From: Zygnema circumcarinatum SAG 698-1b
Taxonomy: Eukaryota > Plantae > Zygnematophyceae
Direction: 5' to 3'
Assembly (NCBI GenBank): GCA_037447605.1
Contig: CM074813.1
Span: 1,240,001 to 1,304,000, forward strand
Length of the DNA: 64,000 bases
Below, in pieces: positions 25,301-37,500 of this stretch (positions within the stretch are counted from its first letter, which is position 1; the number at the start of each line of letters is the position of its first letter). Made by a program: the position numbers and the translations under genes. The notes beneath the pieces are model-generated. The model was given only the letters and a program-made list of their open reading frames with translations, was not told where the DNA came from and did no database searches.

Positions 25301-28300
25301 CCTCCGCCACAACGTCCGCGAGGCCCATTCCGTACGCGCTCAGAATGCCGCTGTAGCGGTGGACCAGGACAGTGCCTGTAGCGCGCTACAACCGCAGCAG
25401 TGAGGGGTTCACACATTACAGGGAGTGTTTCCAAGAAGAGGATGGCCTTAGAGGGGCTTTCTTTCTTGGCTTTGCGAGCGGAGGGAATGGACACATGGGA
25501 TGCAAACTTAGCGTATCCAGAAATGATCGTTCAACATTTCATGATCCATTACTCGGCAAAAACGTGACTATACAAAGCCCTCGTCAGGCAGATTTCTCAA
25601 GGAGTTTTGACAGGGCCGCTTTCAAGAATGGAGAGAGGGAAACACACCCATTCTGAGTGATCTCGCAATTGCACACGCATGCTGCGGACCTGCCCCGCCA
25701 AAGCACGCAAGCACATGCTTCCCTGCCTCGTGGCCCTTCATCTCCGTCAGCTGTAGCACCCCCCCACACATGTCATCCCCCCTCACTTCCTCTACCTCCC
25801 CCTCTCCCTCCCACCCCTCCCATGCAGCGGTGGGGCAGCTTTACCTGTCGGATTGCCCGGCACATGGCCTCATTTGCCACTGCCAAAAAGCCGAGAGCGA
25901 CCTCCTCCACCTGCATGGGAGTCACTGCAACGTTGCGTTTGAATTACAAGTCAGCGGTCGCAGTTGCGCATGGAGACAAAATGAGCCTTCAGAAGGAAGG
26001 CCTGCAAGATTCTGTGTCGGCTTCCTTCCTTCTGAAGGAGAGTCAGCTTGCTTTGTTTAATTTTACAATAGACGAAGCATAAGGCAAAGCGAGGTAAAGA
26101 GTTGGTGGAGACCTGAGGCATCCTGCTCCAATTGATGGTCGTTAATAAGCCGCGCCATGTCCTGGAAGGCTGCATGCGATGCACTCACATCCAAGGGCTC
26201 CTTCTCCTGCAATCGCTCCTCGCCACGCGGACCATTTCCTTGAGAAAGAAAAAGTGTGTGCTTGAATTGAATATAGACTGTGAGATGGATGAGACGAGCA
26301 GGAAGTCTCAAAGCAGGGGCAGAGAAACAAGGGAAGAGGAGAAAGCACTGACTGTGTGTCCGAAAATCTTAGGGAAGTAATCCGGCAGCACTCGGCCAAG
26401 CAGCGCATTTGCGTCCGTTACTGCAAGTTGCCCCCCCTTGCGGTAACACACCGGGCCAGGATGGGCACCCACTGAGTCCGGTCCGACCTGCACTTACAGC
26501 GTACTCTCAGAATGAGCTGCAGAGAGACCTCCTGCTTGTAAGAGGGGAGGCAGCCGAAGCTTCTTACAACCCCCCCCCTTCCTTTCTTTGTTTCTTCACC
26601 TTGAACACGCCTGCTTGAAAGTGCAGTTTGGAGCCACCGCCGGCTGCTACAGTGTTGATGTCAAGCTGCGGAGCCTGCAGCCCTTCATCCGACCATGTGA
26701 GTGGCTATGACTACTACTTTTGCTTCTGCCATATGCTGTAGAGAGATAAGAAAACAAGAGAGTAGTAGCAGAGGGTTCACCTGTATGGCCACACCTGCAG
26801 TGGTGGTTTCCAGCACCTGCTCAAAGGAGCCGGCATAGCGGCTCACATCAGTGGACGTGCCGCCCATATCGAAGCCGATCACCTGTGCCCGATTCATAAC
26901 AGTCAGTAACATATGGCCTCACATACAGCAGGGTTCTGAACAGAGCGTAATGCACTACAGCTCTGGCTAAATAATATCAATTATTAACAATATAAGGTCC
27001 TACCATTCTCAACATTGTGAGAAGAGGTACAAGCACTTCTAAGATATGAGGCGGAAATAGTCTCCTAACCTATTGATTATCGCATACTGGAATCGCGCCT
27101 TTATCACGCTATTCAGCTCGTCATTCCAATGGACCTTTCTTGCTAACTAACATAAAAATTCTCCAACTCCATGAGCACATGAAGTTGTGAAAAATGAACT
27201 CGCCCAAGCCCCTCCCGGTCATAACTTTGAAGCAAGGATGACATCTCTAGCCCTGCAGAACCTTCTAATAAAGCCAGTTTCACCCATGAAATTTCTCAAG
27301 GATCGCATCACGCATCATACACAGTTTGTGCAAAAGTTTAAAAACTTGTCTGCGTCCGACGGCTTTTACAGTTCCCCTACGACGGATCACCACTCCCACT
27401 ACTTCCATGCGTGATAGCTAGACCGATGTGTAGCTGTGCTTACCGGGAGGTCTGTCTCGAGACCATAAGTTGTGAGTGCATATCCCACCACGCCTCCTGC
27501 AGGGCCCGAGAGAATGGCCTGCACGTGCACCTCTCTAACTGCAATAAGCACCCTGTGACTGCGACTACTGCAGGGTGTACGGACGGGAGAGCCCCGGGAG
27601 GAGAGAGAGCAGCCCACCTTAAAGCCGGAGAAACGTTCTGCGGGGGTGAGTCCGCCGTCCGACTGCATGAACGAGACAGTGACGTTCGCCAAGCCTTCGT
27701 CAAACCCTGCACACTCTCCCACACACCATCTGCATCAGTTTGAGCTTCTCGAAGTTGAGCCCCCAAGAAGCTGCACAGGTCGAGGATGTGGAGAGATGTG
27801 CGACCTGCGAGAAAGGTGGAGAGGTAGTCCTTGATGACAGGGGTGAGGTAGGCGTCGACCACTGCCGTGTGGCCACGTGGCACAATGCGAGCCATGGGTA
27901 TGAGCTCCGCAGATGTCGACACCTGGCGGAACCCCATGCTTCGAGCCAGCTCGGCAACAGCCTGCACCCCTCATTTGAAGGAGGCTTAAAGAAAGGGCAA
28001 TGCAGAAGGGCTGAAAGACGAGATAAAGGGAGAGAGTAGGGGGAAACGGGAAGTGGGAAGGAGAAGGTAGAAACGGAGAAAGGGAGGGAGAAACGAGAAG
28101 GAAAATGAGAGAATAAGGTGGGCAGAGAAGAGCAAATAGTCAGACCAAGTATGAAGGAGTGGAAGGGAAAGGAGAGACGCGCAAAAGCAACAGAAGGGAC
28201 GAGGGGCAGAGAAGAAGTAGAGAGATGAAGGGAGTGGAGAAGCCCCAGGAGAAGAAAGGAAGGGGAAAACGGGGAGGAGAGGAAGGGAAGAGAGGAGAAA

Positions 28301-30802
28301 GAGGTGAGAGTGAGCAGGCCAGTGTGCGTGTCTAAGCCTGGAATCCACCTACATCTTTGTCACAAGAAGCAGTTTTTTAACAATGAGCAGCCACCTACAC
28401 CTCAGAAAGCAGTGATTTCCTGATTGGTTCTTTCCCACTCACCTGCTCGTGCTGAGGGAAGGTGTACGAGTGGAGAAAGGCCACAGCAAGGCTGTCAATG
28501 CCCTCATCCAACAGCCCCTGCATGCCATTTCGCTAACGTGAATGGATGCAACAGCCCACACTGCAGCTCCTCGCAAAGAGAGAGAGGAGGGAGAAGAGAG
28601 AACGAGACAGAGGGACATAGAGGAAGGGGGGTGCGGCAGCAGCACCTGCAATTCTGCGCGGATGCTCTCCACATCAAGCGGCTTCACAACCTCAACCCAC
28701 TCTCCAGACAGGCCCTGCAGTAGCCTCCCTTTTGCTGCCTCCTCGCTCCCTTGCAGCAGCTGCACCCTTTCGTCCACCTCCACCACCCGCGAGTGCCTGC
28801 CAAAGGAGTGGCCGAGTGCTAAAGCTATTGGTTCAGCTCATGGTCATCAAACTGCTTGCAAGTCACATGAAACTCGCCTCCTCCGATGGCAGATGGGAGG
28901 CTCCCCGGTCATCTACTTAAGACAAGCATCGTGCAGCACTCACAGGAGGCTTGGGAGCCGCACTTGCAGGTCGAATATGTCAGGCCGCGCCTGATTGCCA
29001 ATGCGCAAAAGATCTCGAAAGCCCTGGATTCAATCTCCCTGTTCTCTGAAATCAGCGGTGGCTGAGTGTACATGAAGTTTCAATCCATGCGAAGTTTTCT
29101 TAGTGTTTGCGCAAGCGGAGTTGATATGGTTTAAGGGTATAAAACAAATGAGGAAAATTTGATGACGAAACTCATGGGGTCAAACAGCATCAGCAACTGG
29201 GGACTCAGTGTCCATGGGTTGTTCTGTGGTGTACATCTGTAAGTCATTCTGTCCTCATGAAATACTCCAGTATTCGGTATTTGGTAGTACTTTATAAAAT
29301 CGCGCGTACGCACAAAAATAGGAATTTTATGTAGTGATCGATCTAGGAACCGACCACTGTCAATTTTGAATGAGAATTATGATGTGTGGCATTAAACAGT
29401 GGAGTTTTTAAGGCCCTCAGTGCCGACCTTGGTGACGCAGAGAGCCGTGGAGCATCCCTTGCGTTCCAGCAGGGCGTTGGTAGCCACAGTGGTGCCTGGA
29501 ATGCGAGGTATTGTTGGGTTTTTCATTCAGGGTTTCTAAGATTTCTTGATTTTTTAAGGGTTTTGGGGTTCAACGGGGGAGGCTCCTAGAAGTATTGGGT
29601 TAAGTAAAATCCTAGAAGGTTTTTATTTCCAACACGGAAACTTAAGAAACCATGAACAGCCAAAGTTCTTTCTCAGGCGAGTGCTGTGGCTTTTTCAACA
29701 ATAGGTTTAAGAAAACCTAAATTGAAGGATGAAGGATTGCTTGAAACGACTAGGCAGCTTTTTATTAAGTATGCCTCTTTCTGGCATTGGATGCCTTAGG
29801 TTTTGTAACCTACATGTGATACAAGTCTCTTTTGTTAGATGTAAAAAGGCTACTTGTAAGTTTTCCTGATATGGTGCCAAGAGTAAAAAATAGTAGGTGA
29901 GGCGACAACAGGTTCTGTTGGATAAGACTAATGACTTCCATGCTATTGCTCATTAAAGTTGTTTTACGTAGCTAAATACAGAAATAAGTTGGTAGTTGTG
30001 AGGCCGCAAAGAAAGCAGCTTTAATCAGAAGGATGCAATCGGTCCAGGCAACTTGAACCAATAAGACATACGCACCAAATACGCACAAACTCACCGAAAT
30101 GAAATCTTGAAACTAAACCACTTCTTATGCATCACCCCCCAAGGCTCCAAAACCTGAGGATTAAAAAAATGACATAATACCCTATCACGCGTCCAAGTTC
30201 ATGACGTTAACAGCCCTCACAACTACTCCCCTAAAACTCCTCATCATCAACACCCCTAACTCTCCGAAACATGAAATGCGTCATCGCTCGAATCACCCCA
30301 ACCCGACCGTTCAAGCAACGACTCCAAAACCCCAAAACTAAACCTCTTTTTCCCGAACCCCTGCATGCGTGAAACCCACCCACTCCCACCCCGAATGCCT
30401 GAAACCCTAACCCTAATTTCCCCCCCCCCTCCCCCCTCTCCCCNNNNNNNNNNAACCCTAATTTCCCCCCCCCCTCCCCCCTCTCCCCTCCCCCCCCCCC
30501 CACCCACCCATGCGGATCCACTCGATGTTGCGCGTGGGCAGGGGAGCGTCGCGGGCGATGGGTCCCCCCGTGACCTCCTCGAGGACCCGGCGGATGCCCT
30601 CGCGGGGCGCGTCCTCATAGTGGGCGGGGTCCCGCGAGAGCAGCTTCCGCTGCAGCCTCAGAGCGGGCTCGCCCGCCCGCCCGGGGACCTCCGCGTAGAC
30701 GTCCGTGAAGGTGCCGCCGCGGTCCACGCAGAAGCGGACGCGTGGGCCCACCAAGGCCATGGCTGCGCCGGACTGCTCAGGCGGGGCGGGCGCCATGGCC
30801 AT
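19338..30802 (-). CDS. OXP1: 5-oxoprolinase (ATP-hydrolysing, hydantoinase A/B family), about 34 exons
   Basis: [145 protein letters not shown]-terminal [12 protein letters not shown]; stop at 19338. In-frame ATGs at 30802, 30796 and 30760, so the start is uncertain. Confidence 0.97.
20271..20893. repeat. About 620-bp near-pure purine (GGA)n low-complexity tract in OXP1 intron 19976-20898
   Basis: GGAGGAGGA units with recurrent GGGCGA, GAGA and GTAGTA interruptions; pyrimidine-only on the OXP1 sense strand. Confidence 0.9.
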
Positions 30803-30886
30803 GGCGGGCTTCGAGCAGGGGGCGATGGGGTGCTTCGCCTGCACTCCCCATCATGAGGGCGTTTCTTCCTTGGGAGTGGGACATGT

Positions 30887-30944
30887 TTCCAATGGCAAGT
30901 TGCCACGTTGACGATTTTGTATACGTGGCAGGCTGCCATTGGAA
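30887..30944. promoter_or_regulatory. Inverted pair of CCAAT-N9-CCACG (ERSE-like) boxes upstream of OXP1
   Basis: TTCCAATGGCAAGTTGCCACGT (30887-30908) and ACGTGGCAGGCTGCCATTGGAA (30923-30944), 85 bp upstream of the first OXP1 ATG. Function is inferred from the motif only. Confidence 0.55.
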
Positions 30945-31547
30945 GATGCTCGACTCTTTAGAGGACGACATCCCTCAACTTCCGTTGCACATATCAGAGA
31001 GTGGAAGCCTTGCGGTTGGATGTGTGGCCCCTCCTGATGAATGTTTCCGCTTCTAGGAATTCTGGCATGAATTGCTTTTGAACTACGCAAGAACGCGGTT
31101 GGAAGTCGAGTTAAGGTATAAGGTTACTACTCACTCACGGAGTTAGCCATCGATTGGCCAACATAGGAACTGTCACGTCCGAAAGGGCGTAAGGTTAGTT
31201 AGTCAAGCTATTATTGTTTACTCGGCTAACACAAATTGAAAAAATGTAATGAACATTTTATGTTCCTTTTCTGTTAAATTGATCATGACAGAAAGCCATT
31301 TCAATTTCCCACAAACAATGATTGCTCTGCCCATGCGCTGAAGTTCGATCAACAAGCAGCAAATCGCTTGCATTGAGTTGCAAACAGTGAAAGAAACACA
31401 TCTCAGCAAGAGGAGCAGGAAGGGAGGAGCCCCAACATCACGGCTGCGAGCACACCCATCGGCAGAATCGTTGTAGGGATACCATTTATTATTCCCAGTG
31501 GGACCTCAAGGGGACATAAAATGAAAGGAAGACGGAGGCGCAGCATC

Positions 31548-34500
31548 TTAGTGATGGCCGGCCTCTGCTGTGCCATTACTGGTGGCGGGCCCCGGCGGTC
31601 TTTCTAAGTCCACGTCCACTGTCTCCGGATCCGAGTCGTCTGCTGTCACCGGGAGCGCTCTGACTGCAGAGCTCCGCTCCCCCCTAAAGTAAACCGAATG
31701 GGGAAAACCCGCAGCGCAGCGTTCTCGCCATCCTGGGGGCCACCACATAAGAGGAGCAGCACATTAGATTCCGTTGCAGGTCTGCGAATCTGAAACACTT
31801 GAATTTGGAGTTCCGGATGGTTTCTTTAACAACTTCCCTTTTCATGCATTCGAGAGCATTCTCAAATGTCCTGAGCTGAACCATCGTTTCTCATCGAATT
31901 TCGAGAAAAAAACACTAACAGTGATGTGGCCAACTTACTTTCTGCTGCCGAGGAATCTTGCAACTTTCCTTGCAACACTTGGTGAACATGAATGCAGTCG
32001 CGTAGTTCCCATACGCCCACACTATTTGATACAGAATTGCCACTGCACAGACAGCGTGCTCGTTTCTCTCATTAGCGCGAGCTCTTCTACGAGGCAGAAA
32101 CTTGAATGGATTGTCAGAAAATGCAGCATTCACATGGTCCGTCCTCGTGTCTATGCAGACAACCAAACTTCAGACTCGCAAGGAAAAACAGAAGACGACA
32201 GGAATTAAGAAACAAAGAAGGAAAAAGGAGGACAGACGAAAATGGGAGAATGCGGGGTAGAAACTGCACGAATGCACAAAGTCCATACCTGCCCGTCGGA
32301 GTATTTTGCGAGTCATTCACAATCGTTACAGCACGCTCTCTCTCCTGAGGCGCCAACAAGACGAGCATTTCTGCCATGGCCGCTCTATGAAGCAAAGAAT
32401 CTGCCCAACCCACAACATTATTTGCAAATAAGGACCAATTCTTCATTCAAGTAAATTCATTCAGATGTCAGACCTGCACTCACCTGAGTGCTTTCTAAGA
32501 AAGGCTTCGTTCAAGTCCAACAGGTCCAGCTGCCCGTCCGGTCCTGAGACCCTGCATGAGTTGTAACAAGAGCTGAAGTAAGCTCTTACTTCTTGTATAG
32601 GTGTTCCTTTCCCTACTCCCTCATCGCTCTCCACTCGCTCCTAAACCACTTGAAGGGGCAAAAGAAAATATTTTCCTGTTCTTTCTTCATCTTCTACCAT
32701 CTCACCTCTCCAACACAACCGTCTCATGTCACTCACAATCCATAACTTCCTTCTCTTGTGTTTGCTCTCAACTAGAGCACATAGGGAACCATGCGGCTTA
32801 CCCCATCTCCTCCCGCTCAGCAGTGATCACAGAATTCACCAACTTCTCAGCTTCACTGCTAGGCTCGGGAAGCGCAGCCACGGCATGGAAAAAACGAACC
32901 TGCATTCACCACTCTCTTCATCTAAGTCGACTGTTTGGCAGCAAACCAATTTCCTGATTAAGAAAGCCTTCATGTGTAGCAGTTACGGTCCACGCTCTCT
33001 CAGACATCATACTATAGCATAACACCATCAGGACGAACTATAGCTGTTTTTTTTGCATGCTACATTAAGGAGCCTAGGGATGCTGATGCTTTGAAAAAGA
33101 ACAAGTTTTGCCTGACAGAGGCTTGGACGCTTACTAGGCAACAATGTACTGCAGGGCTGTCGGGGTCGACTCGCCGCTGACGTTTCAAAGCCTGAGGGAT
33201 GCCATTGGCCCAATCTTCTTTAGCCTCTTAGCCAAAACGAGCAAGTTTTTTGATCTAGTGCAGGTCATGCTTGGCAACAAATTAGATAGAAGAACTTGGC
33301 GAACAGTCTACTTAATTTTGGTTCTTATATTCTCCACCACACGGCCGACTTGAACGGCCTCATGATCCCCGTCAAAGCTGATACAATGCTTAACCGTATT
33401 TCCAAATTGTGAGAAACAAGGATAGTAATGCCTCCTGGAGATATTCCCGTACGCATAATGTCTACTATAAATAGATCGCAATATCCTGATCATTTTTTTG
33501 AGACATTATGCAAGCCTCTTGCAGCAGCAGACAATCCTCAAGCTGAAGGGTGGCATACCTGCAGCGCAAGGAGCAGCTTGCGACGATGCATGGACACATG
33601 AAATGCGAGCAAGTGAGTTTCCAAATCTCCTCCAGCGTGATCCTGTAGAAGTTGAATAAACTTCCCTGCCTCTGCTAGAGGATCCTCCACCTGATGAAAC
33701 TCCGACATAATGTACACCTCTTTCAGGGCAGGCTGCATTCCTCTCTATGTACAGTGACCAAAAGCAACAATAAAAGCTGAAGTTCGGCTGCACAAGCACG
33801 AAGGCACTCTTCATTTATAAGAGCGCTTGTCCAGGAGACATAATAGCACACTCCAAAATATCAGACCATACTAAGCGCTTCTCGGCGCTGGTCATATGCA
33901 CGTGCAGGCCCACCCATCTTCCAGACACGCGGAACATTGCATGAAAAATGGATGATGATGGACAGATAGGATTCACGAAGGGGAGAGGAAACTTGACGTA
34001 TCCAAGATATCAGTGCCATAAGCTTATTGAGACACATCAAACACGGAGCCACATCACGTTCAGTATATTCCACTAATCACAGAAGAAGTTCGTGGACGAA
34101 AGCCATGAGAAGCAGGTCATATTGTTCTTAAGAACTCAAGAACGCTTGAGTTTCGAAAGAGTGTGCTGCAGTCTAGTAGTACCTGTGTAAGTTTGGCCCC
34201 ATCAGGATCCGTGTCTGCCGGCTTCGCTGTTGCTGCATTCTTCTTGTTGCTACCTTTAGTCGCTGGCGAGGGTGTTGCAGAAGCCTTATCGTCCTCCTTT
34301 TGCTTCTCTTCTGCCTCCTGCCTTCAACAAAGTCCACATGCTTGAGATTGGATCCGAGAGTCCTCCAAAGGGCATCAACAGATTGGAACAACAGATTTTT
34401 CTTTGACATTTTCGGTAAAGCCATTCTCCTAAAAGAAAACAGTTCCATACATATTCAAAAGCCAGTCCATTTCTACCTTATAACCTAGCCATAGATAAAA

Positions 34501-37500
34501 ATTATGGCAAACTTCACATCGAAAGACTCCACTGCAGAGGTCACCCCCGAGTGGGGAAAACATCAAGGTGGCTCACCTTTCTTGCTCTAGCCTCTGCTTT
34601 GCGCTGCTTCTGACGCATCTTTTTCCTGTCAGCAGGAGACATTGCAGCGAGAGCAGCTTCCTCCTCTTCTGCAGCCGCTTTCTGAGGTGACTCATGCAGT
34701 GCCAAGTAGCACCTGCTCGCCACATGACGCATAGCCCTTGGTTACCCCGGTTGAAAAATCCTGCAACTGCTTCAACACCTGAGTGTAGCGCTTTCCTCTC
34801 CTGATGCACTGCCTTTTGCGGAATTTCAGTTTCTGTGATTTCAGATTTCAATGGTCTCACGTGGGACACGCAGTGCTATGATTTAATGTATTTTGAAACC
34901 AGGGCGAACAACTGATAATCTACAATCGATAAATAGGTAAAAGATCAAATGCACACCGAATTGCCCCTTGTGCCCCACGGCAGAAGAATCGATGAGAATG
35001 CAGATTGTCTTCGAAACGGAGCATTTTCACATACGCACGGAGAGTCATCTTCCTCAAGCAGTACGTGTGGAAGTCAAATTGATCTTCAATCTGCACAGGC
35101 GATTTATAGCACTCACTGGAACTCAGGCAACAGCGAATATGAAATTAACCATAATTTCAAACAAATCCAAGCAAATAAGAAAAAAAAAATCACATAGCAT
35201 TCACCAGAATTCAGGCAAAGACGGAGACCGGAGACCTTAATTTCAAACGAATTCAAGCAAAGACGGTCGGAAAATGACTTAGAGCACACTGACCATGTCG
35301 TTATAATGCTTATGCACAGCTAAGTACTTCTTCAGTGCGCGCCCATATGCCTTCTGCCGAAGATGGCTGTCTCCACTAGCCAGCTCGTACCTGTCTTCCC
35401 TCCCGCCTGTCCAGCTCAGCTATCCATCTGATTTTTTACATGCTAAGGGCAGGGCTGTCGTGTGGTGTGGTCATCTCTGAAACCAGAATCACAGACCTTA
35501 ACTCTTTGACGTTGTGACTTACCACATGCACTGCATGTCAAAAAGATTATCATGCTGTTCCCCGTCCTTGGTGAACAAGGCAGCTGTCTTCTCCGCACGC
35601 TCCACCTGCACCCAGATCAATTTTCAAACCCATCCCAAAATGCGGAATGGGAGAAGCATAAAACATGGTCTCAGTCGAATGAAGGTGCAAGCTGCTGACT
35701 GCCCACTCTCCTGCCAGCCAAACTCAAGTTTGAAACCCATCTTCCTATGCCCTTGCCTGATCCGCTTGTAGCAAGCGCTTCACCGCCTCTGAGTTGAGGA
35801 AACGGTCCGCCAGGTCCATGCTGCGAGCTTCGTCTGCCAAAGCTGCTGCTGCGATGGGGTCGCCTGCATGCTTGAGTATGCGACCCTGCATAATCCACGT
35901 ACAAAAGAAGTAATAAAACTTGTCATCAGGTTGACCAAGGCAGCATAAAGCTGAATCAATCTATGCATTGATACCAAAAAATACGATACGATGATAGAAG
36001 TATAATTATTAATTAATTAACTAATTGATTTTTTATATTAGAAATGTATTCCCTCTATGCAATAGAATAACCTCATGACATTTCGTAAACACTGTAAGAC
36101 CCCACTGTATCCCCCCTTGTTCAACCATCTCTCCATTTTCTTTCAAGTGGATGCGCTTCTCCACAGCATCCCAGACTAGGGGAAGATGCTGGATTGGATA
36201 GTCCAGAATAAGGAGAGCCAAAACAGCACCTTGACAAGATAAAGGTCCGTCACAGTTGGTGTGTGCTCAATAGCCTCGTTTATCGTCTGAAGGGCACGTT
36301 CAGTAAGTCGGCGGCGATCAAAATGCTGCCACAAATAAGATATCCATATAACAACTGTCAAAGACCGACAAAAGGAAGGACTGCCAAGTTCCTTATGAAG
36401 GATACAATCATCCTTGGTTAGACTCCACTCAAACATGGCTCTGTAAACGCCACAACCACATATCTCCTTGCGCTCATAAGAACTATCTGACCGTTCTAGT
36501 CCCTCCCAGCATTTCTAGGGCACAAATGAACATCTTCACCAATCTGTAGCAAAGACAATTTGTATGCAGCTGAACAAGGAGCCGTAGTTAAATTCATTTT
36601 CATGTCAGACCCACAAGCTGTAGAGATTCCGGTAATGGAGATTTGACTTCAATCGCAGGCGAGAAGGGACTGCAGCATACCTGAGCCAGCAAGAATAACA
36701 GCCATAGCAGAGTGGAGGGCCCCTCAAGCGCAGGATCTTCTTCTACGCTGCTCACCCAAAGCAGAAATACACGTACTTCCGCATCACGTGAACTTTCACA
36801 TATGGACAATGAAGTGCAACCCAATGCATCAGGAAGGATTCACAGTTGCTCCTGCTTCCTTGATATTATCAGGATTGACACAATGTACCGCGGAGGTTGA
36901 GCAGGAACTCGACCGACAGTGACAACTGTTATCGGTTGCCACTTTCAATAAAACCAACACGAAGTATAAGGTACGAAAAAATGATCCATATGCAACAAAC
37001 AATAGCACCATCATACAAAAACATGTAGAAAAAGTCGTAGGTACCTAGAAGGTGGAAACTTTCCCGTTTGCCGAAGGGCAACTTCCAACCGGGTAAAAAC
37101 ATCATCCAATAAGTCTGCCTGCAACAGCAGTATACCACCTCCACCATTCAAATGGATGACGTTCGCAGCATGTCTTTTACGGAGCCAGAGCAGCAGTGAG
37201 AGGAGGAAGAATGTGGCTATGGATTGTGAAGCTTGCCTTTCCAGGCTGATTGTAGAGTGGCCTGAGGTCTGAAAACACAGAAGGTACTCCCTGCACAGCA
37301 AACATATACGGTCTCCCATTATCTTCCTGCCCACACCAGCTTGTTGTCACATAATGCCTGCTCGAAATAAGGATGAGACATAATAGCTGTGCCGCTGAAT
37401 CACCTTGCGCAAGAGTGGCCGAATGTAGCTGTCTACTGCCTCTTCAAACGCAACTCCTTCCAAAAAGTCAAGCGGTATACGCTGCACAAATTCCAAAACT

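Noticed and set aside
30402-30470. Telomere-like AAACCCTAACCCTAA next to an N gap
   Set aside because: Only two units; fits a telo-box in a first intron, and the duplicated flanks are a gap artefact.
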